Assembly (NCBI GenBank): GCA_047495785.1 | Contig: JBLDXI010000054.1 | Span: 1,178,001 to 1,242,000, forward strand | Source: Lepidodermella squamata | Lineage: Eukaryota; Animalia; Gastrotricha | Length of the DNA stretch: 64,000 nucleotides | Reading direction: 5' to 3' | Shown: positions 49,941 to 61,457 of the stretch, piece by piece | Layout: each line of letters opens with the position of its first letter | Numbering within the stretch: the first letter of the stretch is position 1 | Program-made: the position numbers and the translations under genes | Notes under the pieces: generated by a model | What the model was told of the DNA's origin: nothing | Seen by the model: the letters and a program-made list of their open reading frames with translations, nothing else | The model's database searches: none

Positions 49941-50862
49941 TCCAGCAACTGCGGTCTCTCGAAGACAAGAGGTTAACTAAATGACTTGGTGGAGGGTACT
50001 GATTAGCTATATCGCTCATGGGGTGTTATTGAAAGGGAAATAAAGGCAACAAATTTAAAGGCATCGATCTTTTCGATCTTTTTCACTGTATGTGTTACAG
50101 TAACATCTGCAATATTCAGTGCTGTCTGTCATCTATCTGTCATTCATTCTGTGACCACTTAAAAGTCCAATCCAATGCGCACGCTGATTGGTCAATCGAT
50201 CGTTGCTATGACTCCCGGATGAAACGTTCTGTCGTGCGATCCATAAGATTTTGTGCAACAAGTGTTTTTTGCCGCAGCAATTTACCACAATTAATATGGA
50301 GTTTACGCTCGTGGTCAATGGAAACCGGGCAGAGGGTGTGGCAAGGTCATTTTTTTCTTAAATATAAAATAATTTATTAGTGGATCGCACGACGGAAATG
50401 TTTCATTCCGGAGTCATTAGCAACGATAAATTGACCAATCAGCGTGCGCGTCAAGGTTCAACTTACCAGTAGTTCCACAATGTTATCTATGGAGGATTTC
50501 GACATGAATGGAGACGGTTTTGCCGTTCTTCTTTGATAATTAGCTTAAAGGGACCGGAAGTAATATCACTGATTTTACGATATCTCAAGTTCCAATTGTC
50601 CAACAAGTATTAGTAGAAAATAGACACATTTTTGCGAAAAGCATACATACTTACCACATCAAAAGAGTGGGATGATGGAACATGAACACATTTGTATGTA
50701 AATCTTTTCCCACACAACGGCAATAGAGTGAGCTGAATAAATTGTGAAATTGCTAAAAATAAGTTTGTTAACTTGAGTTATAAGCAATCAATTAGGTGTA
50801 GAAAGGTTTGTATTAGCTGCTGATTATTTCAGGTTACCGGGGATTCACTGTTTTCCATATTT

Positions 50863-53563
50863 CTAAATGCGATTATTTGCAGGGGCTGGTAATACTTGGA
50901 TTGGTGGCTTGTGCTCGGCAGTCTTTGATCGAATCTTGTAAAAAAAGGGATTATAGTAAATTCAAAGCATTCCTTGTGATCTCACCTGGTATATTTTTCC
51001 AGCAGATAAGAGACCAAGGTTTAGCATTACAACCAAGATCACAGTAACAGATACTGCTAGCCGCTGCTTGGCTTGCTCTTTGAAAATGAAAGCTGCAATC
51101 ACAGCCCCACACATCAGCATCAGAACCGAGCCGTAGAAGCTGTAAATTACTGCTTTTAGATCATTTACACACGCCAAAGATATCTAAAAGGAAAAGTTAG
51201 GAAATTTGATTGGAGAAGTCAAGACTTACTGATCGCAATCCAAATGCCAAGAAAGTTCCTCTGAGAATCAAAATCGCGTAGAATGCCACGAATATTCCGA
51301 CAACAGCTTGGACTATCACTGATTCACCGAAATCACACGCGTAAATGATTTCCTGGTAAACAACCTCGGTGCCCAATTCAGTTTCCGCAAGTGAGCTTAA
51401 AGTCCTCGAATTAGTTATCGGAGCCGCTTTGAACCAAATCAAAAGTAGAACTATCGCAAGACCGAGAAAGATCATCCCTGTGATAGCCATCCTTCTCATC
51501 GACTTTTTCCGGTCGAACGGTGTTGCCGGCTTCAAGATTTGGCTCGAGGCAGTTGAAAGTGTTGAGATGCTTCTAGCACCGAACATTGGGCTAGCAGCTG
51601 TGGGTCGTGAGTTATTCTTCGATACATGTTTCGAATCAGGCGCTGAAGTTTTCGCCAAAGAATGCCAAATTTTGAAAGTGAGATATAATTTCGCTGTCAT
51701 TCCGTACAGAATACAACCGATGCCTGGAAACAGGAATCCGAAAGATGCCATGCAAAGTTGGTTGTTGAAGGTTGTAAATTCTGGACGTTGGATGAAAGAT
51801 GATATCAGCATCAACACATCACCGAGCAGCACAAAATAGTTGAAGATCGGAAGAGATTTCTTGACGGTGATTGATTTACGCTTGAAAACAAGGAAGGTCG
51901 ACACACAGATTACAATTAGTAACTCGAAGCTCGAAATTACGATGATAGTAACGTAGCTACCCATAGCAATCAAAGGTGTTTCGATCTGGACGATTCGCAG
52001 TCCATCAACAGGGGGATTTCCACTTGGGGTATTCCAAGATATGGGCATCGGGCCAAATGTTGTGGTCCTAGCCCGGCTCATGAATACAGCCACTGGCTTC
52101 GTAGTCATTAGCGTTGAATTAGGAATTCGTTGATATTGATAGAAGGCGTATGCGATATTACCGCCAGTGTTTCTCGTTGTATTCCGCTCAAAGCCAAACT
52201 CACCCAATTTCCCGGCAACACGCGTTGTGTAGAGTGCCTTTTTCATTTCTGCGACTATGAATGAACCGTTTTTCTTGAAGTTATCCGTAGTTGTTGTCCA
52301 ATCCAGTAGGGTTTGGTTGATTGTGTTCAGCGACGATTCAGTCGAATTGAGGACGAATAGTGAGAGCAACAACGGGTCATAGAATTGATGGCGAGATATC
52401 CAGGAGTTGACTTGAGGGTTGACGTCGATCATAGAATTGATTGCATCGTCAAATTCCTGGGCTGAATTGCCCAATGAGTCCTTTTTAGACCACTGGCCTA
52501 ATTCCATAGCTGTGGCCTGGTTATGCATCACTGAGCTCATGAGTACCTCGCCAAGCATTTGAGATGTGCACCAGTTGAATCTCAAAGGATCACTTTGCGT
52601 GAAGGCAGCTCTTGATGGGATTAAAATGACATAATGTGGCCCATAAAATCCGAAACGATGAAGCCAACACGCGACTCGAGATGGGTATATTGCCCCGAGA
52701 ACAATGATTCGAGGGTCGAGGGTTTTCATTTCCTCAACAGTAGCACAGATCTCTTCAGACTCTGGCGGGATGTTGTAGACAAAGGGTATTTTGTAAATCC
52801 CGAGGGTCCTGATGTTGTACTTCGCCTCAAGCATCAGAGACGCGTCAATCTCCATTTGATTGTAAATTCCGTACATTTCCGAGATTTGCGCCATTTTTCG
52901 CCAATTCATCAGTTGCATGAACTGCCCAACTGCTTCGTAGTTATCGCTAACTGATGGCGATAGATTATACAAATTCTTGAGCAGGCTTCTTTTAGTATCA
53001 ACATCGTCCATAATGGTGACGGCTGTGATCTGAAAATGCAACTTTGATTGGGAATTATGAAGATATTACAAATCTTACTGAAATGAAGTTGTAAACCGCC
53101 ATTGCTTGGCCGTTGTAGTAATGTGCCGGGCACGTAGAGTGGATGAATAATGGAAACCGGCCTTCAGCTCTATCGTTCTCACTCATTTTAGAATGGAAAC
53201 CTTCGATTCCAGGGTGCCTGCTGCACTGTAGTAAATACATCGGAAAATGAATGTCGTGCCTTTCATTGTCTAACTTACGTAGTCGTTGTATACATCAATC
53301 ACAATTTCGTAATTTGATAGCAAGTTCGGAACATTTTTGATGCTATCCAGGGCGTAACGCATTGGTTCTGTACAAATGGGGCCGTTGTTGAGAGTGGGCG
53401 TTCCCCAGTAGTTGGCAGAGGCAAGTAGCCTTATCACAGGGCGAGAATTATTCTGGTTGTAACCTGTTCTGTAAATGACGTCTGGAATTGGGCTGTTCAT
53501 TGGCAGTTTAGCTGTCAAACTGGTACGAACTACAAAGAGCTGAATCAAAATAATTGAAAGCAT
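50863..53563 (-). CDS. GABA-B-like class C GPCR, paralogue H (closest to D)
   Basis: ORFs 53270..53620, 53055..53240, 51197..53041 and 50962..51177, plus last exon IRSKTAEHKPPIQVLPAPANNRI*. Confidence 0.87.
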
Positions 53564-54170
53564 GTCGGTAAAGCCTTTGGCGTTCTTATTGAGTGCTGAT
53601 AAAGAGACGTTCCTGTGCAATCACATTTCTGTGCAATCACGTTGATAGGTTTTTAAAACAAATATTAATCAGAATTAAGCTCAGCATTATCACAGATTAG
53701 GATATCTCCGTCCTATGCCTACTTTTAGTAAACAAAATGGCTACATAGAGATCTCATAGATTCACTCTCAAGTCTGAGTTGGAGCCTGAACGAAGCTCTA
53801 AGGAAGCCAATCAATCATCTTGAAAGCTTTCGAAATGTCCTCAGCTTGAAAAAATGTTCATTTCTAATTTCAATCGCGTGGTTGAAATTTGTCTGCTTTG
53901 GATCAGATCATTGCGACCTAATTTGCGACTCGTATGTTCTATAACACGATGCGCATATTCTTATCACGCTGAATCAATGTGGAATGCGCTCAAAAGGAAA
54001 TGGTAAATTATTGCGTTCCTTATTTTATTTCGCTTGAAATAACCCGAAACCAATATGCTAAGAATTATGAAAGAGTTAGCTTATCACTAACCTTTACCTT
54101 GTCAGCCCTGAGCTCTTCTCATTCAGAGAAACCCATATTGCAACCTAGATTCTCTGCCGTTGTTAGATGT

Positions 54171-54602
54171 TTAAGCGGTGATAGGCTTGTCAGCTGCAGC
54201 AATGAAGCACTCGCAAAAGCCGACGCTCTGCTCCGCACCGGTGGCGTGGAATTCGTGCATGGGCAGATTCTTAGCTTCGCAGACTTCCTGGCACTGCTGT
54301 TCGCCGCTGTGGACAACCTCCTGATGGTACTTCTCAGGGTGGAAGTTGAAGCAGTTGCAGAGCTCGATGGGGCCCAGGTATTGCGACCATTTGTAGATGG
54401 AGGACTGGTTCTGGCACTTCGCGTCACAATCTTCAGCGCTTTCAACGCCGAAGATCATGCTAGGGGCGGATAGTTTGTCGCTGTTCTCCCCGTAATAGTC
54501 GCCCTGCTGGTCGGAGGGCAAGGCGGGTCCGTTGTCACCATCGACAATGATGGCGGCAGCACAGGCGACGGCCATGGAGAAGCAAACGAGACGAGCAGCC
54601 AT
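54171..54602 (-). CDS. Secreted Cys-rich precursor P4 (near-identical to P2)
   Basis: 143 aa, with only a handful of substitutions relative to P2. Confidence 0.9.
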   Translation of the reverse strand: MAARLVCFSMAVACAAAIIVDGDNGPALPSDQQGDYYGENSDKLSAPSMIFGVESAEDCDAKCQNQSSIYKWSQYLGPIELCNCFNFHPEKYHQEVVHSGEQQCQEVCEAKNLPMHEFHATGAEQSVGFCECFIAAADKPITA

Positions 54603-55356
54603 GATGTGTATTTGATTGATAAGATCAAAATGAAGACTGAGAAATGTTGCGATGTTTTCTGGGAAAATTCGGAGACATTTTATAGCCTTGCTAACCAGTG
54701 AAAGAGCATCAAAGGCAGCTGAATAAACTAACTGTTTTAGTCAGCCCTCGTTACAGCCTCCGGGATGATGTCGATTCTATGAGGAGCAGCTGATACTTAC
54801 CTTTCACCGTGTTATCGTTTTATGTGAATCATGCCGTAATAAAAACCATGAATTTTGACCCCTTTTGACAACTACCCTGCCTTACCATGTCTACGTCACT
54901 TGAAGTGAATCGGTTATTACAGCCCGAAAAAATTCTGTTTCGAGCTGATCGCAAGAGCAGACGACTTGCTATGGCGTTTGTAAACATTGGTAAACTTGTT
55001 AAAAACCATCATTATTTTATCAGCTTTCTAGTGATAACATAGACGGATGCGGACTATAGCACAAAATGATCATAAAAAGTGGTGATGATATTAAAAACAT
55101 GTTATCATAGACGGTTGATAACAGCTGGGTAAATAACACAGAACATTATTCCCAGTGCATCTTTTTTATTAGCCATAACACGGCCACAATCTCTGGTCTA
55201 ATAGTTCGTTAAAGAAAAAAGGTCAAAATTGAAATCGCTTGTTTCGCATTTTCAAGCTCGGGATTTCATTCCAAATCTGCTGTCACGGGGATTCGGAGTT
55301 GAATTGCTGTTACGTAGCATAGCCAAACATCCATTTATGTGAAATCCAGAGTTGGA

Positions 55357-57989
55357 TCAAGTTCGATTTTTCTTCAATAAAAGCTAGGCACATGAAAATT
55401 TTTAAAACATTAGTTCACATTGGTTTCGAACTTACTTTTAAAATAGTGACGGGAACCAAATTAGCGATAACAAATAACAGCGAGAAAGATGAGAAGAGAA
55501 TCATAAGATTCTCTGAGCGTTTTCGAGCCATTAGAGGGACCAGAATCAATGCTGCAATCACGAGAGTTAATTTGAAATTCACAAAACGTGCAATGTTGAG
55601 AACATCTCTTCCCTGCATGGTTTGCTTAAGCCTCTGTTGAAGTTAAGTGAAATGCAGATTATGAACGACAATATAGCCTGGCATACCTTATTAGCATGTA
55701 CACTCAGTGATTGGAAGATTATCCTCAGAAACAATCCAAACAGAAGTATCGCAATGATGACTGCGATTGATAAACTGTCATATCGACCAAGAAAACTATC
55801 GAGTATATCGCATTCGAAGCTGAACGGTTGATAAATCACACCGGATGATTCATCATGTATCCTTTCCGAGAAAACTGCTATCGCATGTATTTTATGAATG
55901 CTGACTAAGGTTACGGCCAGTGCGCCATTGATTGCAGTCCAAAATCCAGTCAAAAGGCAGCTAGTCTCAGGGAATTTAGGCAAATTTCCACAATATACCG
56001 GCTCGTCAGGCTGAATTATGATCGTTGATCTTTTTCGCCCTTGTATTTGAAGGCTAAAATGCGAACTCACGATTGATGCCCTTATTTCTTGGCGATAGTT
56101 CAACTTCGATGAAATCCCGCAGAGTATCAAAGACAGTCCGAGGACAACAAGAACAGGCATTACGCTACAGTTAACGTATATCTTTACTCTAACCTCATTT
56201 ATGGGTACGGCGAAAGCATGACTCAATAGTATGACATCCCCTAGCAAAATGACGTAATCATCCCGTCTCAATCTTATTCGAACTAATCTGGGCATCTTCT
56301 TACGAAGTACAGCCAATGTGACAAAAGAGCAACATACCAAACTTTCAAACGCAGCTAGTACGATGAGGATTAATCCATTTTCCATCTTCAGCATGGGTTC
56401 ATTGACAAGGATAATTCTGTCTTCATCGTGAGGTATCGCTCCACTTTTAGTGTTCCATTTCAAATCCAATATCTTGAGAGGATCTTTTACGTCATTTTGT
56501 TTGAGGTATGCGGCAGTGGAGAATCCTGAGTTATTATATAAAGTTCTTGTGAAGGTGATTGGAACGTAGCCTTTAGTAAGGCCTGTCTGTCTATTGATCT
56601 CATACTCCCCCTTGAGACCTCTGAAATTAAGCCGGTACGCTCCTTCTTTAATAACTGAGACCATGTGACTACCGTTAGCTGCGAAATTCGACCCAGAAGT
56701 TACCCAATCTAACAAGGTTTGATCCGACTCTTTGAGAACCTGTTCGGTTGAATGAATTAGCTGACCCACAGCTAACGCCCTGTCGTAGCAGATGACAGGC
56801 CAATATTCCCAGTTTCTACTTTTCTCAGGGCTATCAATCCTATCTTTTAGCATAATCCTCATTTCTCGCTCAGAAAGCCCAGTTGAGTCTACAGTTTGAG
56901 GCCCGAAAACATCTCCGAGGCTTGTATCGCCGTAGTATATGAAACTTGGCGCGACTTGTAAAATCATGTTCTCCGTGCACCATGATTCTACTCGGGAGGA
57001 TATCGCAACCCCAGGAGCGAGCCATGAGAACCAGGCTAACGAAAACACAACATATTGTGGCCCGTACATCCCCATTCGATACAGCCAACAGGCCACTGCA
57101 GTCGGTCGGGGGCTTTGAGAGATGATTATTCGAGGCTCGCGTCGTTTCATCTCTTCAAAGTCTTGAAAATTGCTCTCAGGATCTCCATACGAGATGTGAA
57201 CTTTGCCCATCCATGCTATGGTGATATTAGCTTCCTCCAATGCCATTAACAGAGCTGGGTCCATCTGTAATAAAAAATTAGGCATAAAAATAAAATCAGT
57301 GATAAGGCTAATCATACCATATCAGCGTATGCATTTATGTCTGAGAGTACGGCTACTTTTTTCCAGGCCATTTTTCGAATGAATTTTGCTAGTGCGATGT
57401 ACTGGATATCGCCCCGTTGACCGAAGTTTATGTAGTTGGGCAGTCGATTTCGCTCGAGATACAGCCGATTAGTCCCTTGCGCTAGCGTGATCTTAAGGCC
57501 AAAAGAGCAATACCTCGGAAAAATTACATAGAAATAGGAACTCACAGCTACAAAGTTGAACTGCCGAACCAAGGAGGCAGATATAAACTGCCCGATCTGC
57601 TCATCACACTCCGGAGCTACGAAAATCGGCAATCCATTCTTCGCATCGGCGTTGAATCGTAGATTTATTGCCAGGCTATTCGCTATGGTATCGTCCAGGC
57701 AGTTGTCCTCAACCAGATCAAGCACTAGTTCGTAATTTGGTAGCCATTTTTCTTCAGACCGAAGCTGGTCTAAAGCGATGCCCATAGCTTCACTGCAAGG
57801 CGGCCCTGTGGGGAACGCGCCACCGTAAGATATCGACATCAGAACGTGTACCGGGGTCCGATTCTTGGCTGCCGCTTTCTTGAACTCCGAAGATGCCTGG
57901 CATTGAGGAATCGGGTCGTCCAAAGATATTTTGACTGAACTTACTAGAGAGGAAATAGTCAAGAAAGCTAAAACAAATAATTTCGCCAT
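55357..57989 (-). CDS. GABA-B-like class C GPCR, subtype E' (duplicate of 37171..39803)
   Basis: ORFs 57312..57995, 55579..57315 and 55415..55618; last exon LLLKKNRT*. Confidence 0.87.
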
Positions 57990-58816
57990 CTTCAACCAGA
58001 AAATAAATGTCTGACCCCGAAATTCAAATTGCGTCGCCGGATCATTAGGACAACTTCTAGTCAGAACGTGATCTCACTGGGAAAATTAAAAGTGTATTTT
58101 AATCAATAATTACCTAAGCAGTCTTCATTCATTAGCGTTTCGAAACATAAAATTCTTAAAGCTCATAGATTCATCGTTGGGAACATTAATTCTTTCGTTG
58201 AATTCTGTCTGATCAAAACATTGTGCAGTAATCCGTAATCCCACGATAAAAGCACCCTAAAAGACAATTTCTTATATATGTAGGGCTGTTTACGATCGAT
58301 TAGCAGCTGATAACTGAGTGCATATTTTCTCAGTTTTTGAGATGGGGATTATTCCAATAAGGTCAGAGAACATGTACCAAACGATCAAAAAGCGAGATAC
58401 TACACATATATATGTAGTAATGACCGGAATGACACGAACACAAGGTATTGCAGGTCTCATGGTCTTGACGAGTCAATTTTCTCCTATTCAGTTTATACCA
58501 GATGAAAATACAGCTTTTCCCTTGTAAGTTCCCAATGAGGAAATTGATCTAGGCGCCATGGTTGATTATCTACACGTGTGATTGACTCGGGGATTCTGTC
58601 ATGTTTTCTATGATAATAGGGAATTCGTTCAAACAAAAAAGAAAATAATTGCGTTCTCTGTTGCGTTTTATTCCGCTTGAAATAGCCCACAACCTTGTGC
58701 TAAGCATTACGACAGATTCAGCACTCAGCTTATCATTAAGCTTCACCGTTGTGTTCCAGAGAAACCCGTTACACCCAAGATTCACTGCGGATGTTAAAAA
58801 TACGCATGAAATATGA

Positions 58817-59852
58817 TTAAGCTGTGGTAGGCTTGTCAGCTGCAGCAATGTAGCACTCGCAAATGCCGACGCTCTGTTCCGCGCCGGTGGCGTGGAACTC
58901 ATGCAGGGCAGGTTCTTTCCTTCGCAGACTTCCTTGCATTCCCCCTCACCATTGTTAACGACCTCTTGATGGTACTTGTCCGGGTTGAAGTTGATTGCGG
59001 CAGCACAGGCGATGGCCATGGACAGGGCTGCAAAAAGTGTTGTATCCTGGTATCCTGGATACAGGAAGGTTTGAGCCTCGAGAACAAAAAAAAATGTTCT
59101 AGCAACAAGTTTCTAACTGTTTTAAATTACTAAATATCCCTTCATCCAATTTCTTAATTCTCCTGCATATTTCCCATCGTAACGTGTATTCCTTTAGAAT
59201 GCTAGAGGTACTTGTAACCTGGGTTGCCTATTTCTTAGGCTGAAGTTGTATTAAATGAGAGGAAGAGTAGCTCCTTCCCAAAAATGTTAAATTCGAGTTC
59301 AGCGTAAAATTCTGCTTAGTTTGATATATTGTTCGCCCCATTTCCAAACTATTTTCAAAATAGTCATAAAATTTAATTACCCTCAATAACCGGTAATTAC
59401 TTCCGGAAGTCAATTGGTCCAATGTGTCGCGAAATGGACTGCGTCATCGAATCCGCCGTAGTCTTATACCCCAACCCGGGCCCTGTGGGTCAGAGAATCA
59501 TCAAAATCCTCTTCGTTATTGAGTTTTTTTTCAATTTTTTAAAAACTGAGTAAAAAAGGTATGGTCGTATTTTTACCTATAATTTATAAATAAAATATGA
59601 CTTTCGCTAAGGGGACAACATAATATATCGTTTAGAGCAGAATTTTCAGCTGAATTCGAATCTTCCATCCATTTTTGTATTACAATCATTTATGTGGCTT
59701 AAATCGATAATCGATAATCGATAAATGATCAATCGATCGCTCTACTATGATGGGGAAGATTTTTGTTGAAAATCTATAGGATACGGGAAGGTTTTACACT
59801 TTTTGCAGCCCTGGCCATGGAGAAGCAAATGAGACGAGAGACGAGCAGCCAT
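58817..59852 (-). pseudogene. Single-module secreted peptide pseudogene P5
   Basis: ATG at 59852. Lesions are a 7-bp duplication (GAGACGA x2), a 791-bp MITE in the signal-peptide codons, and a 1-bp deletion at LP-MHEF (~58905). Confidence 0.88.
59023..59813. mobile_element. Non-autonomous hAT element (791 bp) inserted in P5
   Basis: 18-bp perfect TIRs CAGGGCTGCAAAAAGTGT / ACACTTTTTGCAGCCCTG; 8-bp TSD GCCATGGA at 59015..59022 and 59814..59821. Confidence 0.93.
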
Positions 59853-60357
59853 GATCTTTATTTAAATGATAAGATCAAAACCAAGATAATGAGAAATTTT
59901 GCGATGTTTCCAGTGAGAATTCGAAGACGTTTTATATCCTCAACGCACAACGGTAGCTGAATAAACTAACCGTTTTTTGTGAGTGTTCATTCCAGGCCAT
60001 AGGATAATAATGAATCTATGAGGAGCAGCTGTAAATACTCGCGCGGCTATGAGCGTCAGACTATTTAAAAAATCATGAATTTTGACCGCTTTCGACTTTA
60101 TCCTGGCTTAACATATCTGAGCCAGTTGGATTAACTAGAAGGAATAGAACTAGATGAGAACTAGATAACTAGAAGGTTGAAACGATTCACGGAATCGCTC
60201 GTTATAGCTTTCCATCTGCAACACAGGGAACGCTTAGACGACGCCATGGCCGCACGGGCGCGCTCGTTGCCCAATGAACGAACAGAATCTCGTTGCCAAC
60301 GTAAACAAAATATTTTTTAAATATAATTTATTTCTTTTATTGCAAAAGAAAGAAGGA

Positions 60358-60434
60358 AATGTTGTGAGCTGGAGTCGAACTATCGACCGCTGGTTTTCTG
60401 AGCTATAGTTTGAACTACTAAATCACCCAGGAGA
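60358..60434 (-). other. Possible tRNA-derived SINE head or pseudo-tRNA
   Basis: Minus strand has A-box-like TGATTTAGTAGTT and B-box-like AGTTCGACTCC at tRNA-like spacing, but I could not build a convincing cloverleaf. Confidence 0.35.
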
Positions 60435-61457
60435 CACGGAACCTGTGTTAGAATTAATTGAACTCTAGAAATCGGATAATCAGGCGCCAATGGACACATG
60501 CTCATTTTTGATCAGACTAATAAGGATAATTTTCAAAGTGGGGTAAATAAAGGTAAAAAAAAGGCCGCATCCGATTAAAGACCGCACCGGCATAATCGGG
60601 GCATTTTTTTAGGCCTTTTTCATAAAATCAGAAAATTGGCGCCGCGGCTTTTATCCGAAAAAATACGGTAAATCTACGGGCTTATTTTGTATTCTATGCT
60701 ATAGTATTGCGCTTCTGTCTGGCGTCCTCGACACGGCACATTTGCTGATCGCACTGGTCGTTGCGTCACTCGACATAGTTTCTCTGAGAATTCGCCGGAT
60801 TTCTGTTTGTGCATTCTGCGAAACAGAAGCGAAACAGAAGAACGACGATCCTCATCTGAAAACCACCCATATAAAGCCACCCATGAATTTATTATCACAG
60901 AATATAGTGATCATATAGTATTGGAAAGATTCTCTCAAGCTCATACGTGAAGCCCAAATTGCAGAAAGAATGGAATTTCTTCAATAGACTGAAATGAAAA
61001 CGAAGCAGCCGCGTGATACAAGTAGAAACATCTCGTTCCTCCCGATAGCTGCTCCCATCAACCATCGCGTGAAACAATTCTGAGATAATAAATCTTATAT
61101 TTCAAGCAAAGCGGATGCCCGGGCAAGGTTTAGATCGCTGTTATGAAGGCTGGTTCAAAGTTAACCAGCGTCGAATTATATATGAAATATCGGAGCTTCG
61201 TAGAATTCGGTTCGATTCGCCTCGATATAATTAAACACTGATATAATTAAACTGTCATAGCTTTGCTAGGAGATTTCTTCAGAATTACTTACTACTTTTT
61301 GAATATTGACACGATTCACCACGACACGGAGGCGTAATTGGCCTACTCTAATAGACGCCAACTTTTTGTCCATCATCTAGAAGCAAGAAAAGATGTGTGT
61401 GAAAATCTAAAAATGGTTCATTCGTCTGCGTAATTTCCACGATTTCTCTTCCGTGAA

